Source: an uncultured Ruminococcus sp.
Lineage (GTDB): Bacteria > Bacillota > Clostridia > RUG12999
Direction: 5' to 3'
DNA length: 56,298 bases
NCBI GenBank assembly: GCA_902784805.1
Contig: CACZWD010000014.1
Location: forward strand, 1 to 56,298
Shown here piece after piece: positions 45,068-53,656 of the stretch. A program made the translations under genes and the position numbers. The notes under the pieces were generated by a model. That model searched no databases and was not told the origin of the DNA. It saw only the letters and a program-made list of their open reading frames with translations. Position 1 is the first letter of the stretch, and the number at the start of each line of letters is the position of its first letter.

Positions 45068-45105
45068 AAAAATCGGCAAGGTTCGTAAGAACCTTGCCGA
45101 TTTTT
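45068..45105. terminator. Bidirectional rho-independent terminator
   Basis: ATCGGCAAGGTT (45072-45083) pairs with AACCTTGCCGAT (45090-45101), with A-run and T-run flanks. Confidence 0.85.
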
Positions 45106-45106
45106 G

Positions 45107-45272
45107 AAAAAGCCGAACGTTTCAGATGCAATCGCGCCGCAGGCGCAAATCGCAAAAAGGTGGTAGCGAAACGGAGGCGTTATGCCTGCGTTTACAAGGG
45201 CATAGCCGCAGCAAGCGTGCCTTTTTGCGAAAGAGGAGGAACGACGGCGCGTGTGACTGATTTTTTGTGCAA
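45107..45272. other. GC-rich structured non-coding island B (between convergent terminators, 3' of tRNA-Gly)
   Basis: About 57% G+C by hand count. Perfect 11-bp inverted repeat TCGCAAAAAGG (45150-45160) / CCTTTTTGCGA (45220-45230) around an inner TATGCC/GGCATA helix. GCGCC-GCA-GGCGC hairpin at 45134-45146. No credible ORF. Confidence 0.5.
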
Positions 45273-45305
45273 CAAAAAATCGGAACGGAGCAAAGTCCGT
45301 TCCGA
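45273..45305 (-). terminator. Rho-independent terminator after tRNA-Gly
   Basis: Minus strand reads TCGGAACGGA-CTTTGC-TCCGTTCCGA followed by TTTTTTG. Confidence 0.8.
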
Positions 45306-45307
45306 CG

Positions 45308-45382
45308 TGGAGCGGAAGACGAGATTCGAACTCGCGACGTTCACCTTGGCAAGGTGACGCTCTACCACTGAGCCACTCCCGC
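45308..45382 (-). tRNA. tRNA-Gly (anticodon GCC), CCA encoded
   Basis: Hand-folded cloverleaf: GCGGGAG / GCTC-AGTGGTA-GAGC / TCACC-TTGCCAA-GGTGA / ACGTC / GCGAG-TTCGAAT-CTCGT / CTTCCGC-T-CCA. Total 75 nt. Confidence 0.95.
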
Positions 45383-45414
45383 ATTTTGTCATTATGTATA
45401 TTTTAACATATTTT

Positions 45415-46809
45415 TCACTCGTTGTCAAGGCTTTCCGGTAATTTTTTCACATCTTTTTCTTCACGAAAAACATGCCTCACAGTAAACAGCATTGTAACAA
45501 AGCACGCAAGCCCTCCCAAAATGTTGGAAATCGGCTCCGCGACAAAAACACCGGTTGCGCCAAGCCCCAAAACGTGAGGAAGAATAAACGTCAGCGGTAT
45601 AACTATTATAACCTTACGCAAAAGCGAAAAAAACACAGCGTGCTTTGAAAGCCCCATTCCGACAAAAACCGATTGACCGGCACTTTGAAGCGACAGAAAT
45701 GCCAGACCAAAATAATATATACGGGTTGCTGACTTGCCGAGACGCAAAAGCTCGGCATCAGAATTGAATATACGTATAAACGTTTCGGGGAAAAGCGTTA
45801 AAATAAGTTGGCAAAAACCCATATAAATGATACTTGATATACTTATAAAAACAATAGCTTTTGTTATACGCGAATATTTTTTTGCCCCGTAATTATAACC
45901 GATAACAGGCTGCGCGGCATTTGAAAGCCCTTGTGACGGAAGCAAAATAACATCACGAAGCGAGTTTAGTACGGTCATAATTCCAACATATATATCACCA
46001 CCCGCAGCTTTTAAAGTCGAATTATAGGTTATCTGCACAAGCCCTGTCGAACCTGCCATAATAAAACCTGCCATACCGACACTTACAATATCTTTAAGAA
46101 TTTTAAAATTTATCCTCATATTTTTTTTATGAAGATGTAAAAGCGTTTTTTTACCGCATAAAAAACGCATAACCCATATACAGGAAGCAACTTGTGAAAT
46201 GACTGTCGCTATTGCGGCTCCTTGCACATTTAAATGAAATAAAAAAATAAAAATAGGGTCAAGTATAATATTTAAAACAGCTCCTATAAGCGTTGTAAAC
46301 ATACCAATGCCGGCAAAACCCTGAGAATTAATAAAACCGTTCATGCCTGCCGCTATCATAGCAAAAGGAGTACCTATAAGATAAATTTTCAAATATCCGG
46401 CCGCATAAGGATATGTGCTATCACTCGCACCGAAAAGATAAAACATCGGCTTCATAAAGGTATAGCCGACAGCCATAAGTATCAGGGCAGTAAAAATAAG
46501 CATTGTAAAAGTATTACCTATAATAAGCTCCGCTTTTTTATCGTCTTTTCGCCCACGCTCAATTGAGCAAAGAGGGGCGCCTCCCATACCAAAAAGGTTT
46601 GTAAACGCAAGAATAAGCGTAACTATAGGGAAAGTAAGACCAAGACCGGTCAGCGCGTCGGTTGAAGTGCCAGGCAAATGCCCGATATAAATTCTGTCAA
46701 CAACATTGTACATAACCTGCACAAGCTGCGCAAATATCATAGGAACGGCAAGAGAAAGAATAAGGGTATATACATTGCCCTTGGAAAAATCGTTCTTATT
46801 TTCACGCAT
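45415..46809 (-). CDS. MATE-family efflux transporter
   Basis: About 464-aa ORF with 12 TM helices. The N-terminal LSLAVPMIFAQLVQVMYNVVDRIYIGHL pattern is typical of MATE (NorM/DinF-like). I prefer the ATG at 46809 (AAAGGAG RBS) over the GTG at 46830. Confidence 0.85.
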   Translation of the reverse strand: MRENKNDFSKGNVYTLILSLAVPMIFAQLVQVMYNVVDRIYIGHLPGTSTDALTGLGLTFPIVTLILAFTNLFGMGGAPLCSIERGRKDDKKAELIIGNTFTMLIFTALILMAVGYTFMKPMFYLFGASDSTYPYAAGYLKIYLIGTPFAMIAAGMNGFINSQGFAGIGMFTTLIGAVLNIILDPIFIFLFHLNVQGAAIATVISQVASCIWVMRFLCGKKTLLHLHKKNMRINFKILKDIVSVGMAGFIMAGSTGLVQITYNSTLKAAGGDIYVGIMTVLNSLRDVILLPSQGLSNAAQPVIGYNYGAKKYSRITKAIVFISISSIIYMGFCQLILTLFPETFIRIFNSDAELLRLGKSATRIYYFGLAFLSLQSAGQSVFVGMGLSKHAVFFSLLRKVIIVIPLTFILPHVLGLGATGVFVAEPISNILGGLACFVTMLFTVRHVFREEKDVKKLPESLDNE

Positions 46810-46836
46810 TTCTCTGCCACTCCTTTCCACCTAAAT

Positions 46837-46865
46837 ATTTTATCACATATGATTTTTTTTGTCAA
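46837..46865 (-). promoter_or_regulatory. Sigma-A promoter for the MATE gene
   Basis: Minus strand reads TTGACA (46865-46860), a 17-nt spacer, then TAAAAT (46842-46837), with TGA giving an extended -10. Confidence 0.6.
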
Positions 46866-46894
46866 TTAAAATAATTATAAATTTTATACAAAAT

Positions 46895-46923
46895 TAAAAA
46901 AGCCTGTACAACAAATACAGGCT
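46895..46923 (-). terminator. Rho-independent terminator after the CNNM/TlyC gene
   Basis: Minus strand reads AGCCTGTA-TTTGTTG-TACAGGCT followed by TTTTTT. It lies about 85 nt after the stop codon. Confidence 0.7.
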
Positions 46924-47011
46924 CAAACCTCTACCGTACTTATTATTTGTTACTTAGGCGAGAGTTAAAGGACGAAATATACCTTAGTTTCTCAGCCTCT
47001 GCTGCCCGAAG

Positions 47012-48325
47012 CTACTCCTCTCCTGCCTCGTCGGGGCAATTTTGTTCGGGAACCGTTATTTTGATTTTTTCAATGCGTTTTTCATCTACATTCAAAACTT
47101 CAAATTCATAACCCTTAAAGCTTATTTTATCGCCTTTTTCGGGGATTCTGTCAAGCTCTCCCATTACAAAGCCCGCCATTTTTTCATAGTCCATTTCCTC
47201 ACGTTCGTCACGGGTAAGCTTTAAGCCGATTTTTTCAAGAGTTTCTTCAAAATCCGCTGCGCCATCTACTTCAAAGGTTTTTTCGTCAACACGCTTTGTA
47301 TCCTCATCTTCATCGTCAAATTCGTCCTGAATATTTCCGAATACAAATTCTATAAGGTCCTCCATTGTAACAATACCTGCCGTGCCGCCGTATTCATCAA
47401 TTACAATTGCCATATGTGTTTTTTCGTTTTGAAGCTCTTTTAAAAGGTCATTGGCTTTTTTTGACTGAGGCACAAAATAAGGCTCGTTTATAATATCTTT
47501 AAGGCTGAAATTTTCAGGCTCACCTTTATCAATATAAGGAATAAGCGCTTTTATGTGAAGCACTCCCACAATATTGTCAAGCGTTCCGTCATAAACGGGA
47601 ATCCTCGAAAAATGCTCATCTCCGGCATACCTTATAACCTCTTTAAAATCTGCCGTTATTGGCATAGCGACAACATCTGTACGGTGAGTCATAATTTTTT
47701 GAGCCGTAGTATCACCGAATTCAATGATGTTATTTATCATATCTCCCTCGTCCTCGTCAATTACGCCGATTTCCTCGCCTTCATCAACAATAGACAGAAT
47801 ACCTTCCTCGGTAACTTCACCCACGCTTGTTTTCGGATCAACCCCGAAAAGCTTAACCACAAATGAAGTAACAAGCTCTAAAATAAGGTTAAGCGGCAGC
47901 ATTATTATGTAAATGAACCGCATAAAATTATATGCACCTGCAGCGTAACGCTCGTAGTGAGCTGCCGCAATTTTCCTGGGGATAAGCTCACCGATAAGCA
48001 AAATAATACAGGAAGTAATAAATATAACTATCATATATGATACAGCAGGGCAGCCGGCAAAAAAACCAAGAAGCTTTTGTGAAGGCTTTGAAAAAACAGC
48101 AAAAGCCGTTATTACCGCGGCAAGCAAAACCAGAAGCTCCCTTACGGCAGCAATATACCTTTCGGACATATCAAGAAGCTTTTTTAATATCGGCGCGCAC
48201 TTTTTACCTTCGGCTTCCATATCCTCAAGCCGTTTATCGTTGAGTGAAAGCAAAGCGATATCTGTCGCATGAACAAACGCGTATAGTACAAGAAGCAATA
48301 AACTACCTGCCAGCAAAGGGTCCAT
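47012..48325 (-). CDS. CNNM/TlyC-family (DUF21-CBS-CorC_HlyC) putative divalent-cation efflux protein
   Basis: 437 aa with an N-terminal 4-TM DUF21, a CBS pair (IMTHRTDVVAM...RIPVY) and a CorC C-terminal domain (FEVLNVDEKRIEKIKI). Confidence 0.85.
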   Translation of the reverse strand: MDPLLAGSLLLLVLYAFVHATDIALLSLNDKRLEDMEAEGKKCAPILKKLLDMSERYIAAVRELLVLLAAVITAFAVFSKPSQKLLGFFAGCPAVSYMIVIFITSCIILLIGELIPRKIAAAHYERYAAGAYNFMRFIYIIMLPLNLILELVTSFVVKLFGVDPKTSVGEVTEEGILSIVDEGEEIGVIDEDEGDMINNIIEFGDTTAQKIMTHRTDVVAMPITADFKEVIRYAGDEHFSRIPVYDGTLDNIVGVLHIKALIPYIDKGEPENFSLKDIINEPYFVPQSKKANDLLKELQNEKTHMAIVIDEYGGTAGIVTMEDLIEFVFGNIQDEFDDEDEDTKRVDEKTFEVDGAADFEETLEKIGLKLTRDEREEMDYEKMAGFVMGELDRIPEKGDKISFKGYEFEVLNVDEKRIEKIKITVPEQNCPDEAGEE

Positions 48326-48362
48326 TTAAAAAAACCACATCCTTTTATCTGTTGTTTAATAC

Positions 48363-48391
48363 ATTATACACTTTTTTGGGCAATATGTCAA
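48363..48391 (-). promoter_or_regulatory. Consensus sigma-A promoter for the CNNM/TlyC gene (overlaps rseP stop)
   Basis: Minus strand reads TTGACA (48391-48386), a 17-nt spacer, then TATAAT (48368-48363). Confidence 0.6.
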
Positions 48392-49410
48392 GTTTTACCG
48401 ATTAAAGAGCCTATATCGCCGATTGTAACAAGAAACATAAGTCCAAGCAAAAGTATAAGCCCTATCATATGAACCATTCCTTCTTTTTTCGGGTCAATCG
48501 GTTTGCCTCGAAGCAATTCAACAAACATAAAGAACACTCTGCCGCCGTCAAGCGCGGGTATGGGAAGCAGATTAAAAATACCTATATTTACCGTAAGCAT
48601 CGCGAAAAGACTCGCGAATGACGCAAACCCTTGTTTCGCCGCTTCGCTCATAACGCTCACCGTTCCGACAGGACCGGAAACGGAGCTTAAAGGAACGGAG
48701 CCCTTTATAAGCATTAAAAGGGAATAGAAGATTATTTTTATTATGAAAAAGGTTTCGTAAAGTCCGCATTTCAAAATCTTAAAAATATTCATTTTCTCGG
48801 TCGCCATTTTTATGCCGATTACATATACGCCATTTTCATCTTCAATCGGCGTAATCGAAAAATTTTTCTTTTCGCCCTCGCGCTTCACGGTTATATTGAC
48901 AGGATTATTTGAACCCTTGGTATTTATAAGAAACTTAAAATCTTTATAATACCATACTCTTCCGCCGTTTACCGAAGTTATCTCGTCCCCCGGCATAATA
49001 TTACCATATGCAGGAGTGTTTTCATAAACTGTATCGACCGTCATAACGGGCATTTCTGGCAGAGCAGAATATAGCAAAGTATATACCAAAAAACCAAGAA
49101 GTATGTTAAGCGCGGCTCCCGCCGATACAATTATCATACGCTGCCATACAGGCTTATTGCAAAGAGCGCTTTCGCTGTTCGATTTTTCATCTTCACCTTC
49201 AAGTCGCACAAAACCTCCGAGTGGCAAAAGTCTTACGGAATACTGCGTTTCTCCCTTTTTCTTTTTAAAGATTTCCGGTCCGAAACCTATTGAAAATTCC
49301 GGCACCCCAACTTTAAAAAGCTTTGCCGTTATGAAATGTCCGAACTCGTGTATAGTTATTATCAATAAAAAAGATAATATTGCAAGAGCTATCATAAAAA
49401 CATCAATCAT
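48388..49410 (-). CDS. rseP: RIP site-2 metalloprotease RseP
   Basis: HEFGHFITAK zinc motif, one PDZ domain and NLLPIPALDGG. The ATG at 49410 forms an ATGA overlap with the dxr stop, so I prefer it to the track start at 49440. Confidence 0.9.
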   Translation of the reverse strand: MIDVFMIALAILSFLLIITIHEFGHFITAKLFKVGVPEFSIGFGPEIFKKKKGETQYSVRLLPLGGFVRLEGEDEKSNSESALCNKPVWQRMIIVSAGAALNILLGFLVYTLLYSALPEMPVMTVDTVYENTPAYGNIMPGDEITSVNGGRVWYYKDFKFLINTKGSNNPVNITVKREGEKKNFSITPIEDENGVYVIGIKMATEKMNIFKILKCGLYETFFIIKIIFYSLLMLIKGSVPLSSVSGPVGTVSVMSEAAKQGFASFASLFAMLTVNIGIFNLLPIPALDGGRVFFMFVELLRGKPIDPKKEGMVHMIGLILLLGLMFLVTIGDIGSLIGKT

Positions 49411-50546
49411 AAACAATCCTCCGCTGCTTCTCTTGCCCACATATCCGCTTTAAGAATATCGTCAAGAGAAGGATTCTGCACCGCGCTGTGTTTTGACATC
49501 ACATTATTTATAAGCTCCGGAATTTCTCCGAAACATATTTTTTCGTTTAAAAACTTTGAAACTGCGATTTCGTTCGCGCCGTTCAAAACCGCCGGCATTG
49601 TTCCGCCGACTTCTTGCGCGTAAAAAGCAAGACTAAGACACGGGAACGCCTCTGTATCCGGTTTTTTAAAGGTCAGACTTGAAATATCAAAAAAGTTTGC
49701 TTCTTTTGTTCCGCAGTACCGCCTTTCCGGATATGTAAGCGCGTAAGATATAGGCAGTTTCATATCCGGCAGGGAAAGCTGCGCAATCACGGAATTATCA
49801 TCATACTCTACCATTGAATGTATAATGCTTTCCGGGTGAACTACAACTTCTATTCTATCAAGCGGTATATTAAAAAGGTGACTTGCCTCAATTACTTCAA
49901 GACCTTTGTTCATAAGCGTACTGCTGTCTATGGTTACCTTTGCGCCCATATTCCAATTCGGGTGTTTTAACGCCTGCGCGGGTGTCATATTATAAATTTC
50001 ATTACGTTTTTTTCCGAGAAAAGGTCCTCCCGAAGCGGTTAAAAGAATTTTTTTAAGACTCCGGCTGTCACCGTTACAGCTTTGAAAAATAGCACTATGT
50101 TCGCTGTCAACAGGCAAAATTTTAACACCTTTTTGCTTCGCGAGAGGCATAACAAGACACCCGCCCGCAACAAGCGTTTCTTTGTTCGCCAGGGCAATGT
50201 CTTTGCCTGCTTTAATTGCCTCCATTGTCGGCAAAAGCCCCGATATGCCCACAACTGCCGTAACTACTGTATCTACATTATTATGCACGGCGCAGGAAAT
50301 TATACCATCTTTGCCGCATAAAATTTTTGTTGAAGTATCGGCAACTTTTATTTTAAGCTCTTTCGCCTTATCCTCAAGCATTACGGCGGCAAGCTTCGGC
50401 TTATATTTCCGTATTTGTTCCTCCGCAAGCTTGATATTTGAATATACGCTGATAGTTTCAACTTCGGCGCAGCCGTTTTCATCAATTACCTCAAGCGTCT
50501 GCGTTCCGATTGAGCCTGTTGAACCAAGCAAAGCAATTTTTTTCAT
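49407..50546 (-). CDS. dxr: 1-deoxy-D-xylulose-5-phosphate reductoisomerase
   Basis: 379 aa. KKIALLGSTGSIGTQTL...LANKE...DSEHSAIFQ...HPNWNMG. Confidence 0.95.
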   Translation of the reverse strand: MKKIALLGSTGSIGTQTLEVIDENGCAEVETISVYSNIKLAEEQIRKYKPKLAAVMLEDKAKELKIKVADTSTKILCGKDGIISCAVHNNVDTVVTAVVGISGLLPTMEAIKAGKDIALANKETLVAGGCLVMPLAKQKGVKILPVDSEHSAIFQSCNGDSRSLKKILLTASGGPFLGKKRNEIYNMTPAQALKHPNWNMGAKVTIDSSTLMNKGLEVIEASHLFNIPLDRIEVVVHPESIIHSMVEYDDNSVIAQLSLPDMKLPISYALTYPERRYCGTKEANFFDISSLTFKKPDTEAFPCLSLAFYAQEVGGTMPAVLNGANEIAVSKFLNEKICFGEIPELINNVMSKHSAVQNPSLDDILKADMWAREAAEDCL

Positions 50547-50574
50547 ATTTATAAAGCCTTCCTTAATTTTTTAT

Positions 50575-50613
50575 TGATAAAAGGGGTATAACGTTTATAT
50601 AGTTATACCCCTT
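50575..50613 (-). terminator. Intra-operon hairpin / possible attenuating terminator between cdsA and dxr
   Basis: Minus strand reads AAGGGGTATAAC-TATATAAAC-GTTATACCCCTT followed by TTATC. Confidence 0.5.
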
Positions 50614-50623
50614 ATAAGCATAA

Positions 50624-51424
50624 TTACTTAATTATAAATACCGGTAAAACAAGATTCAGATAATAAAATACCGGCGCGGTAAAAAGCACGCTGTCAATAC
50701 GGTCAAGGATACCGCCGTGTCCGGGGATAAGATTACCGTAATCCTTAATTCCGACTTCACGTTTTATTACGGAAGCCGCAAGGTCGCCAAGCTCCGAGCA
50801 TACGGCAAGCACGATTCCGGTAACAAAAAGATTAAAAATATTTACCCCGTAATGCATACACCTCAAACCGATAAAAGCGTAAACCGCAAAAGCCGCAATT
50901 GTTACTAAAACGCCTCCGACGGCACCCTCAACGGTTTTTTTCGGGCTTATTTCCGTCAGCTTATGCTTACCTGAAAGCATACCGATAAAATACGCGCCGA
51001 TGTCTGTGAAAAAGGCACCGATAAATATAGCAAAAACAAGAAATTTTCCGCCGCCACCGATACGCGTAAGGTAAATATATTTTAAAAGTCCGAATATATA
51101 GATTGCTCCGAAAAACGCTTTTGCCACGTCTTTAAAGCTGATTTTTTTATAAAGAAAAACCGGCAGTATAAGCGACGCAATAAGCCCAAACGTTAAAAGC
51201 AACCGTGTACATGCTTCCGGTAAAAAAAGCAAGCCCATACCAATTACAAAACTTAACAGCTTAACAGAAATTTTTCCTTTACCGAAATTCGCGGAACAAA
51301 ATTCATAAAGCGCAACCGAAGAAACCACGGCAACTGCAAACAAAATACCGTTCTGCGGCACAAATAAAAGAATCGCCACAAGCCCTGCCGCAAGCACTGC
51401 GCCGGAAATTATCCTTGTAATCAT
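50624..51424 (-). CDS. cdsA: Phosphatidate cytidylyltransferase
   Basis: 266-aa membrane ORF with the C-terminal signature SVIKREVGIKDYGNLIPGHGGILDRIDS. Confidence 0.9.
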   Translation of the reverse strand: MITRIISGAVLAAGLVAILLFVPQNGILFAVAVVSSVALYEFCSANFGKGKISVKLLSFVIGMGLLFLPEACTRLLLTFGLIASLILPVFLYKKISFKDVAKAFFGAIYIFGLLKYIYLTRIGGGGKFLVFAIFIGAFFTDIGAYFIGMLSGKHKLTEISPKKTVEGAVGGVLVTIAAFAVYAFIGLRCMHYGVNIFNLFVTGIVLAVCSELGDLAASVIKREVGIKDYGNLIPGHGGILDRIDSVLFTAPVFYYLNLVLPVFIIK

Positions 51425-51438
51425 ATAGGTCTCCTTTT

Positions 51439-52215
51439 TTATACTCCGCCGAAGCGTCTGTTACGTTTTTGGTAAGCGGCTATTGCCATACGCATATGCT
51501 TTGGAGTAAAATCGGGCCAGCAGGTGTTTGAAAACCAAAATTCGCTGTACGCGCATTGCCAAAGAAGGAAATTGCTGAGACGCATTTCACCGCTCGGACG
51601 TATAATCAAATCCACTTCGGGATTATCGCCGGTGTACATAAGCGAGGAAAAGTATTTTTCGTCAATATCCTTTTCGGATTTTTTGCCTTCTTTTACATCA
51701 AGCGCCGCAGCCCTTGCCGCGCGGATTATCTCATCCCGCCCGCCGTAGTTAAGGGCAATATTAAGCGTCGGTCCGGTACGGTCTCCGGTATATTTTTCAA
51801 CCTCAAGAATTTTCTCATTGAGCTTATCGCTAAGTCTGCTCCTGTCACCGATAACTCTTATACGGCAATCCTTCCCGCCGAGAAGCTTTTCCATATTTGA
51901 AAGATATTCGTAAATAAGCTCCATTATAGCGTCAATTTCAGCCTTGTCACGCTTCCAGTTTTCGGTTGAAAACGCATATACAGTCAAAAACTTAACCCCT
52001 ATTTCGCCGCAATAGTTTGTTATATCTTCAAGTGTCTTTGCGCCGGCGCGATGACCGTCACTGCGTTTAAGCCCTCGCTTTTTTGCCCATCTCCCGTTAC
52101 CGTCCATAATTATACCGATATGCTTCGGCACTCTGTCCATATCAATTTTCACATCGGGCGTAAAGATTTCAACAAGCTTTTTATACAGAGCTCCAAGGCT
52201 TTCTTTCAGCTTCAA
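51439..52215 (-). CDS. uppS: Undecaprenyl-diphosphate synthase (isoprenyl transferase)
   Basis: HIGIIMDGNGRWAKKRG...AFSTENWKR...DLIIRPSGEMRLSNFLLWQ. TTG start. Confidence 0.95.
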   Translation of the reverse strand: MKLKESLGALYKKLVEIFTPDVKIDMDRVPKHIGIIMDGNGRWAKKRGLKRSDGHRAGAKTLEDITNYCGEIGVKFLTVYAFSTENWKRDKAEIDAIMELIYEYLSNMEKLLGGKDCRIRVIGDRSRLSDKLNEKILEVEKYTGDRTGPTLNIALNYGGRDEIIRAARAAALDVKEGKKSEKDIDEKYFSSLMYTGDNPEVDLIIRPSGEMRLSNFLLWQCAYSEFWFSNTCWPDFTPKHMRMAIAAYQKRNRRFGGV

Positions 52216-52235
52216 GCGGATTTCACTCCTTTGTT

Positions 52236-52802
52236 TTAAAGAGACATAAGGTCATTTTCTTTATCTGCAAGCTTACTGTCTATAAGCTTTACATATTTAT
52301 CGGTAATATCCTGCAAATCTTTTTCTGCCGATTTAAGGTCGTCTTCGGTAATTTCTGAATTTTTTTTCATATTTTTAAAATGCTCCATAGAGTCACGTCT
52401 TATATTTCTCACCGCAACTTTGGCGTTTTCCGCAAGCTTATGAATTTGTTTTACAAGCTCTTTTCGGCGTTCCTCTGTAAGCGGAGGAAAATTAAGCCTT
52501 ATTATTTTTCCGTCATTATTTGGCGTAATACCAAGGTCAGACGCAAGGATAGCCCTCTCTATTTCTTTTGTAAGAGAAGCGTCCCACGGCTGAATTGCAA
52601 GCGTTCTCGCGTCCGGAACAGAAACACTCGCGACAGCGTTAATCTGTGACGGCGTTCCGTAATACTCAACCTTAATCTGGTCAAGAACAGCCGGATTTGC
52701 TCTGCCCGCTCTGACAGAATTAAATTCGCTTTCAAGGGCATCGACGGATTTTTCCATTTTGTCTGTTATTTTACTGTAAATATCCTTAAACTGCGCGTTC
52801 AT
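52236..52802 (-). CDS. frr: Ribosome recycling factor
   Basis: 188 aa. ...FNSVRAGRANPAVLD...NDGKIIRLNFPPLTEERRKELVK. Confidence 0.95.
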   Translation of the reverse strand: MNAQFKDIYSKITDKMEKSVDALESEFNSVRAGRANPAVLDQIKVEYYGTPSQINAVASVSVPDARTLAIQPWDASLTKEIERAILASDLGITPNNDGKIIRLNFPPLTEERRKELVKQIHKLAENAKVAVRNIRRDSMEHFKNMKKNSEITEDDLKSAEKDLQDITDKYVKLIDSKLADKENDLMSL

Positions 52803-52828
52803 ACTATAACTTCCTTTCTATTCTATTA

Positions 52829-53533
52829 TCAATATACAAGTGTTCCTATTTGCTCGCCCATTACGGCTTTATATATATTTTCGGGGTCATCAAGTCCGAA
52901 AACCTGTATGGGAATATTATTATCCATACAAAGAGAGGTTGCCGTCGAATCCATAACGCCGAGTCTTCCCGCAAGCACTTCGGCATATGTTATTTTATCA
53001 TATTTTTTCGCATTCGGATTTTTGTTCGGGTCGCTATCGTAAACGCCGTCAACATTTTTCGCGAGAAGTATTATATCTGCTCCGATTTCCGCAGCTCTGA
53101 GCGCTGCCGTTGTATCCGTCGAGAAAAACGGATTTCCGATTCCGCAGCCGAAAATTACAACCTTGTTTTTTGATAAATGCGATTCTGCCTTACCTCTTAT
53201 ATACGGCTCTGCGATTTGGCGCATTTCAATAGCGGTCTGCACACGCGTAACCACTCCGTTGTTTTCAAGAGAAGATTGCATCGCAAGCGCGTTTATTACC
53301 GTCGCAAGCATGCCCATATGGTCTGCGCGGGTCCTGTCCATATTTTTACCCGAACGACCTCTCCAGAAATTGCCTCCGCCAACAACAATGGCAACCTGAA
53401 CGCCGGCGTCAACACATTTTTTAATAACCTTCGCGACAGAATTTAAAGTGTCCTCGTCAAGCCCAAATCCTTTTTCTCCGGCGAGAGCTTCGCCGCTAAT
53501 CTTTATCAAAACGCGCTTATATCTTGGTGCCAT
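52829..53533 (-). CDS. pyrH: UMP kinase
   Basis: 234 aa. [13 protein letters not shown]...[10 protein letters not shown]...[11 protein letters not shown]. Confidence 0.95.
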   Translation of the reverse strand: MAPRYKRVLIKISGEALAGEKGFGLDEDTLNSVAKVIKKCVDAGVQVAIVVGGGNFWRGRSGKNMDRTRADHMGMLATVINALAMQSSLENNGVVTRVQTAIEMRQIAEPYIRGKAESHLSKNKVVIFGCGIGNPFFSTDTTAALRAAEIGADIILLAKNVDGVYDSDPNKNPNAKKYDKITYAEVLAGRLGVMDSTATSLCMDNNIPIQVFGLDDPENIYKAVMGEQIGTLVY

Positions 53534-53574
53534 ATGAAAATCACATTCCTTTCAAAAAAATTAGGCATATTGCA

Positions 53575-53633
53575 GAAAAACAAAAAATACTAAGAGCATA
53601 ATTTTTTTGTGCCGGTAGCATTTTTTGTTTTTC
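53575..53633. repeat. Perfect 14-bp A/T-rich inverted repeat in the tsf-pyrH spacer
   Basis: GAAAAACAAAAAAT (53575-53588), a 31-nt loop, then ATTTTTTGTTTTTC (53620-53633). Confidence 0.8.
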
Positions 53634-53656
53634 TAAAGGTTTCTATTTATTTTTTA

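Noticed and set aside
41990-45272. Sequence relatedness between GC islands A and B (shared TGCAATC, TTTCAGA, and CGAAA...GAGGAAC).
   Set aside because: The shared words are 7-mers, are not collinear, and are about as numerous as I would expect by chance for two sequences of about 160 nt. I make no claim of a common repeat family without a genome-wide search.
45107-45272. Island B as a c-di-GMP riboswitch (GEMM-I/II), SRP RNA or 6S RNA.
   Set aside because: I could not match the conserved cores by eye (GGCAAA ... ACGCAAAGC for GEMM-I; GGAAGCAGCC for SRP domain IV). Only trivial short similarities were found.
45028-45428. Three ORFs in the track (118, 87 and 78 aa) covering island B and the tRNA.
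   Set aside because: They read through a tRNA gene and two terminators (for example ...VVERHLAKVNVASSNLVFRS is a translated tRNA). They are not coding.
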